64,000 nt of DNA, from contig CAVVNQ010000015.1 in the NCBI GenBank assembly GCA_963749705.1, positions 32,001 through 96,000 of the forward strand. Direction: 5' to 3'. A program made the position numbers and the translations under genes. Source of the DNA: an uncultured Chloroflexia bacterium (lineage in GTDB: Bacteria > Chloroflexota > Limnocylindria > Limnocylindrales > CSP1-4). Of this stretch, positions 56,389 to 64,000 are shown in pieces. The notes below the pieces were generated by a model. That model was not told where the DNA came from and did not search any database. It saw only the letters and a program-made list of their open reading frames with translations. Within the stretch, counting starts at the first letter, position 1, and each line of letters begins with the position of its first letter.

Positions 56389-57183
56389 TCAGCTCGCATG
56401 CTGGTCGGCCGCGGCATCTGGCTCCGTGGACGTGTCGGCCGCCGGTGTCGTCCCAGTGGGCGCCGTCCCAGCCGATGCTCGAACCCCGTCGATCGCCGCG
56501 TCGATGCCGGCGGTCCAGGCCTCGCCGTGGCCGGGCAGCACGAACGCGGCCTCGAGACCGGCGAGCCGGTCGAGCGATGACAGGGCCTGGGCCGGGTCCG
56601 CCGTGAACGGTGCGATCCTCGGCCCGCTCGCTCCGGTGGTCACCGCGTACGTCGCAAGGGCATCGCCCACGAACAGCGCGGAATGGCCGGGGACGTGGAG
56701 GGCGGCATGGCCCGGCGTGTGGCCCGGGACGAGGATCACCCGCGGGCTGCCGGGCACGTCGAGCGTCGCGCCATCACCGAACGTCGCGACCTCGGCCACG
56801 ATCGGCCGGCGAAGCCCGCCCCGCAGGAGCCCGAACCACAGGAACCGGAGCAGCGGCGCGATCCGCACCGGACCGAGCCCCTGCGAGGGGTTCGGCACCT
56901 CGCCACGGGCCAGCGCCGCGTCCGCCTCGCCGATCCAGACCGGCACGCGTCGCTCACGACGAACACGGTCCGCGAACCCGATGTGGTCGGAATGCCCGTG
57001 CGTGAGCACGATCGCCCGCACGTCGCCGATCGACCGGCCCATGCGCTCGAGCTCGGCGGGCAGGGCCTTGTACAGGCCGGGCATCCCGGTGTCGATGATG
57101 GTGACCGCGCCGCCATCGTCGACGAGATACGAGTTGACGATGGGGTTCGATCCGAGGCGATGGAGTCCGGGGGCGATGTTCAT
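56389..57183 (-). CDS. MBL-fold metallo-hydrolase
   Basis: IDTG, THGHSDHIG, PGHTPGH, GDAL, LPGHG. Confidence 0.92.
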   Translation of the reverse strand: MNIAPGLHRLGSNPIVNSYLVDDGGAVTIIDTGMPGLYKALPAELERMGRSIGDVRAIVLTHGHSDHIGFADRVRRERRVPVWIGEADAALARGEVPNPSQGLGPVRIAPLLRFLWFGLLRGGLRRPIVAEVATFGDGATLDVPGSPRVILVPGHTPGHAALHVPGHSALFVGDALATYAVTTGASGPRIAPFTADPAQALSSLDRLAGLEAAFVLPGHGEAWTAGIDAAIDGVRASAGTAPTGTTPAADTSTEPDAAADQHAS

Positions 57184-57382
57184 CGAGCAGCTCCGGGCGC
57201 GGGTGTGCGACGACGCTCCGACGCGGGTCATGTCAAGCCCGCGGGCCAGCGCAGGATATCGCGCGCGGTCAGCCGGCAGCCGGGCGGGCCGTCCCCTTCC
57301 AGGGCTGACAGGGCGGATTCGGCATCGCCCCCTGCTGCCGCAGCAACACGCTGCCTCACCGGGGTCCACAATCGCTCCCGTG

Positions 57383-57761
57383 ATGGCGTCCCGGCTCCTC
57401 GAGACGAAGCTCCACGCTCCCCCGAGCCGGAACGGCCTCGTCGCGCGACGGCATCGGCACCGGGCTCATCCTCGGCTGGCTGCTCTACCGGTCCGGGCTG
57501 GTATCCCGCCGCATGGCGCTGTTCGGGGTCGTCGGCGGCCCGCTGCTCGCCGCCTCGGGCGGCGCGGTCCTGATGGGCCTGATCCCGCAGGGCTCCGCGC
57601 TGCAGGGGGTCGCGACCGTCCCGGAGGTCATCTGGGAGGTCTTCCTGGGCCTCTGGCTCACCTTCAGGGGGTTCAGCCGGACGACCGTCGCGAGCGACGA
57701 GGCACGCCCTCTCGGGGCGGGCGGCGCAGCGCGCGCGGCCTCCGCGAGTCCCGCGGGGTAG
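57383..57761 (+). pseudogene. Deletion chimera: 5' stub of a MalT-like LuxR gene joined out of frame to the 3' end of a DUF4386-like gene
   Basis: 57383-57448 encodes MASRLLETKLHAPPSRNGLVAR; from 57450 another frame encodes GIGTGLILGWLLYRSGLVSRRMALFGVVGGPLL...PEVIWEVFLGLWLTFRGF*. Confidence 0.75.
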
Positions 57762-57795
57762 CCCGCCAACTCGGCTCGCTGGCTTCGCGTCACGC

Positions 57796-57832
57796 CGGCG
57801 GAGGCGGCCCGGAGATCGAGCCGCCTCCGCCG
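57796..57832. terminator. GC hairpin between convergent genes
   Basis: CGGCGGAGGCGGC/GCCGCCTCCGCCG perfect 13-bp stem. Confidence 0.6.
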
Positions 57833-57850
57833 ATTGAGCGTCAGGTGTGG

Positions 57851-58795
57851 TCAGTGCGACCGGGTGCTGACCAGGATGTCCCCGTCGCGGCCGAAGTGGA
57901 GGCGCGTGCCATCCCACGACAGCGACGAGCGGGTCTCGTTGCCGGCCGTGTTGACGTTGGTGCCCAGGTTGACGGGCGCCGACCACGGGTCAGCCGTGCT
58001 CGCCCGGACGGCGGTGTAGACGTCCTGGCCGCCGTAGCCACCCGGACGGTTCGAGTTGAAGACGATCTCGCGGCCGTCCTTGCGGACGTTCGGCATGAAG
58101 TCGTTCGCCGCGGTGCTGAGCTCAGCGACGAGGGTCGGAGCGCCAAAGCTCCCGTCCTCCGCGCGCCGGCTCATGTAGATGTCCTGATCGCCACCGACGT
58201 CGAAGCCGTCGCTGGAGAAGTACAGGAACGTGCCCTCGGCGGTCTCGACCAACGACGGGCCGAACTCGCTGCCAGGGAAGTTCGGGCCGTCGCCGTCAGC
58301 TGCGCAACCCAGGTTGTCGACGCTCCAGCCGTGGGCCGGATTGTTCCTGGCGAGGTAGATGTCACCGCCCCCGCAACCGCCCGGGCGAGTGGACACGAAC
58401 AACAGGTACTTGCCCCGGAGCGGCGTCGGACAGTAGTCGGCCGACGTCGAGTTCACCGGCTGGCCGAGGTTCTGGGCCGGTCCCCAGGCCCCACCGATCG
58501 AGTCGCGGTGGAAGACCCAGATGTCGTTCGGATCAGGCGTGCCCGTCCCACCCGCACGGTTCGACGCGATGTAGAGGCTCAGGCCATCCGGCGACTCGAT
58601 CGGACAGCCCTCGGCCGCGCTGGTGTTGACGCCGGTCTCGGGGACCGCAAGCCCCCATTCGCCGAACGACTTGCCCGAGACGCTGGACGGTGCGATCAGG
58701 AGGATCGCCGCCGCGGCCGCGACGACCCGGACGAGACTGGTGTGCGCCGGTAGGCGGCGCCGGTGCGTGGATCGATCCGCTGCGTAGCCGGTCAT
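57851..58795 (-). CDS. Secreted PD40/TolB-like beta-propeller protein
   Basis: Signal peptide; repeats SPDGLSLYIASNRAGG, FVSTRPGG, FNSNRPGG, PVNLG.NVN. Confidence 0.85.
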   Translation of the reverse strand: MTGYAADRSTHRRRLPAHTSLVRVVAAAAAILLIAPSSVSGKSFGEWGLAVPETGVNTSAAEGCPIESPDGLSLYIASNRAGGTGTPDPNDIWVFHRDSIGGAWGPAQNLGQPVNSTSADYCPTPLRGKYLLFVSTRPGGCGGGDIYLARNNPAHGWSVDNLGCAADGDGPNFPGSEFGPSLVETAEGTFLYFSSDGFDVGGDQDIYMSRRAEDGSFGAPTLVAELSTAANDFMPNVRKDGREIVFNSNRPGGYGGQDVYTAVRASTADPWSAPVNLGTNVNTAGNETRSSLSWDGTRLHFGRDGDILVSTRSH

Positions 58796-58930
58796 TGCTC
58801 TCCCTCCATCGGTAGAGGCGGAGCGGCGCCCCGCTGCATCCGGGAGAGAGGGTGGTCGTCACGTCGGCCGAACACATCGGGACGGTCCTTAGGCGGCGGT
58901 CCCTGGTTTCCTCAATTCTCGGGCCGTGCC

Positions 58931-59290
58931 TCAGAGGGTGTAGAGCGGCGCTCCGCTTACGAGCTCAGCGACGAAGTCCACCGCCGAGATGATCCGAGCG
59001 CCTTCGATCAGGTCCTCGTCGGTGATGCCGCGCGGCTTCGTGCAGGCATTGCAGGCCCAGATCTGCCCACCATTGGCCAGCAGCGAGTCGACAACCTCTC
59101 GGAGTGGCGGCAGTCCCGGGTGGTGGATGTCGTCGGCGTAGCGCTTCGTCGCCAACCAGACGCCCTCGATCGTCAGCAGGACGATCGCCTCCTGATCGGC
59201 CGATGCGGCGACGTTCGCGACGATGAACGGCAGCGTCGCTCGCTCCGGGTCATCGCGACCATGCGTGGATTGCGCCAGGAACTTCGGCAC
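58931..59290 (-). CDS. DsrE-family sulfur-transfer protein
   Basis: THG.DDPERATLPF, EGV, IWACNAC..RG. Confidence 0.85.
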   Translation of the reverse strand: MPKFLAQSTHGRDDPERATLPFIVANVAASADQEAIVLLTIEGVWLATKRYADDIHHPGLPPLREVVDSLLANGGQIWACNACTKPRGITDEDLIEGARIISAVDFVAELVSGAPLYTL

Positions 59291-59306
59291 GTGTGGTCCT
59301 CCAAGC

Positions 59307-59558
59307 CTACTTTCGAGACAGGAAGTAGCGGGTCCTTCCCGGCCCGTCCTCGACCACGGCGACGATGGGGTTGCCGGTCAGCCTCGACCAGGCGGCCAGC
59401 CCGCTGCGCGCCGTGGGGTCGTCCGAGATCACCTCCAGGATCTGGCCGGAAGCCAGCTTGCGGATCTGTGAGGCGATCATCGGCGTCAACGTCGAGCATG
59501 CTTGCCCGACCATGTCCATCTGAACGTCCGCGATCGGGACACTCGATGCGTCGGTCAT
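59307..59558 (-). CDS. TusA/SirA-like sulfur carrier
   Basis: DMVGQACSTL (variant of CPxP), GQILEVISDDP, W...GN. Confidence 0.82.
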   Translation of the reverse strand: MTDASSVPIADVQMDMVGQACSTLTPMIASQIRKLASGQILEVISDDPTARSGLAAWSRLTGNPIVAVVEDGPGRTRYFLSRK

Positions 59559-59678
59559 TGGCTGCTCCTGTTCGCTGGCATGTTCCCGGCAGCGTAGGGT
59601 CGGATGGCATGCACGGCAATGGGCGGCTCCTTAGAAATCGCCTATGGCCTTCCTTAGGCCGATGGTCATAATCCGCGG

Positions 59679-62600
59679 ATGAACGCGCGGATCTCGAGTC
59701 CCGTGTTCGTCGGGCGTGGCGATGAGCTCCAGCGGCTGCAGGCCATCCTGGCGGACGCGCTCGAGGGGAACGTGGGAACGGTCCTCGTCGGCGGCGAGGC
59801 GGGGGTCGGGAAGACGCGGCTTCTCTCGGAGTTCCGTGCGCGTGCCCTGGCCGCCGGGCTTCGGGTTCTGGACGGCGGGTGCGTGGACCTTGGAGATGGG
59901 GCACGTCCGTACGATCCCTTCGTGGCCGCGCTTCGGCCGTGGCTGAAGTCGCTGGCGCCGGACGAGTTCGAGCGGATCGTCGGGCCGGCTCGTACCGCGG
60001 TGCTGCAACTGATTCCCGACCTGGAGACCGAGGGCCGTGATGCGGCTTCGGCCGACGCACCCACGTCGGCGATGCAGTCGACGCTCTACCTCCAGGTCCT
60101 GGGGCTCATCGAGCGCGTGGCCGCCGAAGCGCCGACCGTCATCGCGTTGGAGGACCTTCATTGGTCGGACCGATCGACGCGCGACCTCCTCCGGTTCCTC
60201 GTACGCAATCTCACCCGCGCCCGCGTCATGATGATCGGGAGCTACCGCACGGACGAGCTGAATGAGCGGCACCCGTTCTGGACGATGCTCGCGGAGCTGG
60301 CGCGCAGCGGGCAGGTGCACCGTGTTGAGCTCGCACGGTTCACGCGGGCCGAGGTCCACGACCAGCTCGCGGGCATCCTCGGCCAGTCCCCCGACCGCCG
60401 TCTCGTCGCCCGTCTCCACGACCGCGGGGGTGGCAACCCGCTATTCACGGAGGAGCTGGTAGCCATCGGCGAGCCCGGGGAGCAACGACTCGGCCTGACG
60501 CTGCGAGAGATGCTCCTCGCCAGGGTCGGCGCGCTGTCCGCCGCATCGCGAGAGCTCCTTGGCGTGGTTGCGGTCGCCAACCAGTCAGCGCGACACGATG
60601 TGCTGGCCATGGTCACCGGGATGGACCAGGCGGGGATCGCCGTCGCGCTGCGGGAGGCAATCGATCGTCATCTGCTGGTGACCGCCGAGGACGAGGTCAT
60701 GCGGTTCCGCCACGGGCTGATGCAGGAAGCGGTCTACGCGGAGCTGTTACCCGGCGAACGCGTGGCCCTGCACGCCGGGGTCGCAAGAGCCCTCGAAGCC
60801 CTGCACGCCGATCTCGACATGGATGCCACGGTCGCCACAGAGCTGGCCCACCATTGGTATGAGGCACGCGATGGACGCAGGGCGTTGGAAGCCCTGCTGC
60901 GCGCGGGCCAGGCGGCGGAGCGAATGTTCGCCTTCGGGAACGCGTTTGCGCACTACGACCTGGCGCTGGGCCTGTGGCCGGTCGACACGCCCTCGGTCGG
61001 CGGGATCACGCTTCCGGACCTGGGGGCGCGGACGGCAGAGGCGGCCGCCCTGTCCGGGGCATACGATCGGGCGATTGGCCTGGTGCGGGCTGCACTCGAA
61101 AGCGAACCGGCTGCCGAGGTCGATCCGATCCGCACCGGGACCCTGCTCGAACGGCTCGCCGCATACCACCTCGGGTGGGGCAACCCTGATGCCGCCCACC
61201 CGGCCGCGAGCCGCGCGCTCGAGCTGCTCCCGACTGCACCGCCGTCCGCGGCGCGCGCGCACGCGCAGGGCATCCTGGCCCAGGCGCTCGGACTGCAGTG
61301 CCACTTCGATGAGTCGAACCGACTGGCGGAGGAGGCGCTGGCGAATGCGCAGCTCGTCGGCTCGGCGGAGGCAGAGATCCGCGCGCTCGGCTGCATCGGT
61401 CGCAACGCAGCGGCGGTCGGAGATGCGGCCTCCGGCATTGAGACCCTGCGCCACGCATTGGCGTTCGCGCGCTCCGTAGCAGACTTCCCTGGCGCCGCCG
61501 AGATCTCCATCGAGCTGGTACTGGCACTCCACTGGGCAGGAGACCTCGAAGAGGCGTGCAGGGTCGCCGATGAGGGCATCGTCGAGAGTGGCCGCTGGGG
61601 AGCGGAGGGACTCGCCAACTCACTTCGCGCCCTGCGAGGGCAGTCTGCGTTCCTGCTCGGGCGCTGGGATGAGGCGGACGAATGGATCGCGAGCGCGCTC
61701 GAGAGGGATCCGGTCGGATCTCCGGGCGTCCTGGCACATGGTGCCCGCGCGCTCGTCGACGTGGGCCGCGGCGATTTGGACTCGGCCGCGGAGCACCTCG
61801 AAATCGTGTTGCTGATGTGCCGGCAATTCACCGCCAGCTTCTACGGATGGACTGATCTGTACTCGAGCATGGCCCTCCTCTCGATCGCCCGCCAGCAGCC
61901 GTCTCAGGCCATCGACACGGTGCGGGATGCCGTCGCGCTGTCAGCCGACCCCGACCACGAGGTCCACATGCGGGTGTGCCATCGGCTGGCGATCCGCGCC
62001 GCGGCCGACCTCGCGGAGGTCGCGCGACCTCTGGGCGACACGGCGGGCCTGGAGGAGGCGCTTGCGATCGGTCGCGAGTTCTACGACCGGCTGCAGCGCC
62101 ACTCGCAGGTCGTGCGGGCGCTGCCTGGTGGGGGCGATCCGCACCTGGCCCTCGACTCGGCGCTCGGCAAGGCCGAGCTGAGCCGGGTCACGGGTCAGCC
62201 GGACGCAGCAGCCTGGGCAGCTGTGGCGGCCGCAGCCGACGAGCTGCGACATCCCTACGAGGCCGCCTACGCCCATTTCCGCCAGGCCGAGGCACTCCTG
62301 CTCGCACGCGGGTCACGCGCGATCGCACTCGCAGCTGCCGTAAAGGCGCACGAGATCGCGCGCCGCCTGGGGGCTGCTCCCCTGGAACTGGAGATCGAAC
62401 GGCTGGCCCGACGGTCACGGCTCGACCTTGCCCGCCCGGCCGCGGCCCCCGAGCGAGTGGACGTCGGTCCGCCGGTCGGCCGTGCGATCCCGTTCCAGCT
62501 GACACGGCGCGAGCAGGATGTGCTGGAGCGCCTCACTCTCGGGTACACGAATCGCGAGATCGCCACCGAACTGTTCATCAGCGAGAAGACCGCCAGCGTG

Positions 62601-62756
62601 CATGTCTCGAACATCAAGTCGAAGCTGGCGGCGAACGGCCGCGCGGAGATCGCCGCGATCGCGGTTCGTCTCGGCCTCGTGTCCGACCCGGCTGAGGGGG
62701 ACGCGATGGCTGAACCGACGGAAGCTGGTTCGGTGCGCGCAGTGCCCGGGGCCTGA
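59679..62756 (+). CDS. Large ATP-binding LuxR-family regulator (AAA_16 ATPase-TPR-LuxR HTH)
   Basis: FVGR..EL, GEAGVGKT, EDLHW.D, GNPLF.EE, FRH.L; C-terminal LTRRE..VL...G.TNREIA.ELFISEKTASVHVSNI..KL. Confidence 0.93.
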   Translation: MNARISSPVFVGRGDELQRLQAILADALEGNVGTVLVGGEAGVGKTRLLSEFRARALAAGLRVLDGGCVDLGDGARPYDPFVAALRPWLKSLAPDEFERIVGPARTAVLQLIPDLETEGRDAASADAPTSAMQSTLYLQVLGLIERVAAEAPTVIALEDLHWSDRSTRDLLRFLVRNLTRARVMMIGSYRTDELNERHPFWTMLAELARSGQVHRVELARFTRAEVHDQLAGILGQSPDRRLVARLHDRGGGNPLFTEELVAIGEPGEQRLGLTLREMLLARVGALSAASRELLGVVAVANQSARHDVLAMVTGMDQAGIAVALREAIDRHLLVTAEDEVMRFRHGLMQEAVYAELLPGERVALHAGVARALEALHADLDMDATVATELAHHWYEARDGRRALEALLRAGQAAERMFAFGNAFAHYDLALGLWPVDTPSVGGITLPDLGARTAEAAALSGAYDRAIGLVRAALESEPAAEVDPIRTGTLLERLAAYHLGWGNPDAAHPAASRALELLPTAPPSAARAHAQGILAQALGLQCHFDESNRLAEEALANAQLVGSAEAEIRALGCIGRNAAAVGDAASGIETLRHALAFARSVADFPGAAEISIELVLALHWAGDLEEACRVADEGIVESGRWGAEGLANSLRALRGQSAFLLGRWDEADEWIASALERDPVGSPGVLAHGARALVDVGRGDLDSAAEHLEIVLLMCRQFTASFYGWTDLYSSMALLSIARQQPSQAIDTVRDAVALSADPDHEVHMRVCHRLAIRAAADLAEVARPLGDTAGLEEALAIGREFYDRLQRHSQVVRALPGGGDPHLALDSALGKAELSRVTGQPDAAAWAAVAAAADELRHPYEAAYAHFRQAEALLLARGSRAIALAAAVKAHEIARRLGAAPLELEIERLARRSRLDLARPAAAPERVDVGPPVGRAIPFQLTRREQDVLERLTLGYTNREIATELFISEKTASVHVSNIKSKLAANGRAEIAAIAVRLGLVSDPAEGDAMAEPTEAGSVRAVPGA

Positions 62757-62994
62757 ACACGATGCCGACGCCGGCGATGCTGGCCGGTCGTCCAACGCGT
62801 GCACTGACACCACCCTGTGCTCAAGGGCAGTCAGTCGAACGGCTCCGGAGACTCTGCGGCCACTCGACTTGGCGGGACGAACCTGTCGGGCGCGCCATCG
62901 CGGACTGCCTGTGGCTGGACTGCTGGTACACCACGAACGACAGGTCTGCGCAACGTCAGAGCCGACGCCTCTGGACGGACTCACGAGCTGGGGC

Positions 62995-63070
62995 TTGACA
63001 GGGATTCTTGTCAACCCCCAGGACCGGGGGTACCCTCGGCCTCGCGTGGCCTGTCAAGTCTTGACAGGCC
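62995..63070 (+). promoter_or_regulatory. dnaG promoter region with two dyads
   Basis: TTGACA-N8-TGTCAA (62995-63014); TTGTCA-17bp-TACCCT (63008-63036); perfect GGCCTGTCAAG-T-CTTGACAGGCC (63048-63070). Confidence 0.65.
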
Positions 63071-63120
63071 CTCAGTCGTCCCCGCCGGGGCTCCCCGGAC
63101 GGGTCGGGACAGGAGCAGCA

Positions 63121-64000
63121 TTGGCCGTCGGCGTCGTAGCCGAGATCAAGGGCAGGCTCCCCGTCGCGGATGTGGTGGGGGAGACCGTCCAGCTGAAGAA
63201 GGCGGGCACGACCCTCAAGGGCCTGTGTCCGTTCCACGGCGAGAAGACCGCGAGCTTCGTCGTGACGCCCGCCCGCGACACGTGGCACTGCTTCGGCTGC
63301 GGCAAGCACGGTGACATCTTCACGTTCCTGATGGAGCGTGACGGGATGTCGTTCCCCGAGGCGCTCCAGGCCCTGGCGGGTCGCGCCGGCGTCGAGATCG
63401 ACGAGCGGACCAAGCGAGAGGACGCGCACAACGCGCGCCTGCGCGAGGTCCTCGAGGCGGCGGTCGCGTTCTATCACGCGGTGCTGATGAAGTCCGAGGC
63501 CGGGGCGCCCGCGCTGGCATACCTCCGCGGCCGTGGCTTCACCGACGAGACGATCGAGAAGCACCAGCTCGGCTGGGCGCCCCGAGGCTGGGACCAGATG
63601 ACCCGGCAGCTGGCGTCCAAACGCCAGATCACGCCCGGTGAGCTGCTCGAGGTGGGTCTTGCCAGCTCGCGCCAGCGCGGCGGCGGGGTGTACGACCGGT
63701 TCCGCGAGCGCGTCATCTTCCCCATCCGCGACCAGAACGGCCACGCCGTCGGGCTCGGCGGACGTGTCCTGGGCAAGGAGGGCGTGGGCGAGGACGGCGT
63801 GGATCACGGGCCCAAGTACCTCAACTCGCCGGCGACGCCGCTGTTCGACAAGAGCCGGACGCTGTACCTCATCGATCGCGCCAAGACCGCGATCCGCAAG
63901 ACCGGCCAGGCCGTGATCGTCGAGGGCTACACCGATGCCCTCATGGCCCACCAGGCAGGCTTCGACAACGTGGTGGCCTCGCTGGGCACGGCGCTGACCC
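63121..64000 (+). CDS. dnaG: DNA primase (3'-truncated by window edge)
   Basis: AGGAG RBS, TTG start; CPFH.EKT.SF...WHCFGC zinc finger; DRFRER.IFPI; KYLNSP; VEGYTD Toprim. Confidence 0.95.
   Translation, partial: MAVGVVAEIKGRLPVADVVGETVQLKKAGTTLKGLCPFHGEKTASFVVTPARDTWHCFGCGKHGDIFTFLMERDGMSFPEALQALAGRAGVEIDERTKREDAHNARLREVLEAAVAFYHAVLMKSEAGAPALAYLRGRGFTDETIEKHQLGWAPRGWDQMTRQLASKRQITPGELLEVGLASSRQRGGGVYDRFRERVIFPIRDQNGHAVGLGGRVLGKEGVGEDGVDHGPKYLNSPATPLFDKSRTLYLIDRAKTAIRKTGQAVIVEGYTDALMAHQAGFDNVVASLGTALT

Noticed and set aside
53456-58753. 1765-aa plus-strand ORF
   Set aside because: Antisense shadow of five clear minus-strand genes; long stop-free frames are expected at this GC content. Only the short MalT-like stub at 57383 looks real.

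Overview
Very GC-rich bacterial chromosomal segment. Gene content and style suggest Chloroflexota (Limnocylindria-like) or Actinomycetota; this is an inference. I see about 55 genes: metabolic, transport and regulatory genes (transaldolase, corrinoid protein, GcvT-family dehydrogenase, ABC exporters, AspC, an ArsR/ArsM/glutaredoxin arsenic module, c-di-GMP and cAMP enzymes, a NERD-helicase, a UvrD2-like helicase, TusA/DsrE with a large ATPase-LuxR regulator), ending in the 5' part of dnaG. I found no rRNA, tRNA, CRISPR array, transposase or integrase. The most unusual features are: (1) several families of REP/REPIN-like paired inverted repeats in intergenic DNA, one pair of which exactly brackets a self-contained XRE + membrane-protein cassette, often flanked by short tandem duplications; (2) an autoregulated MerR + cytoplasmic vWA two-gene module; (3) an orphan ~920-aa protein with an eCIS-cargo-like QRxAGNxA motif and a 177-bp internal duplication; (4) a deletion scar fusing a MalT-like gene start to a DUF4386 gene end; (5) widespread leaderless promoters. 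All calls were made by eye with no database searches.
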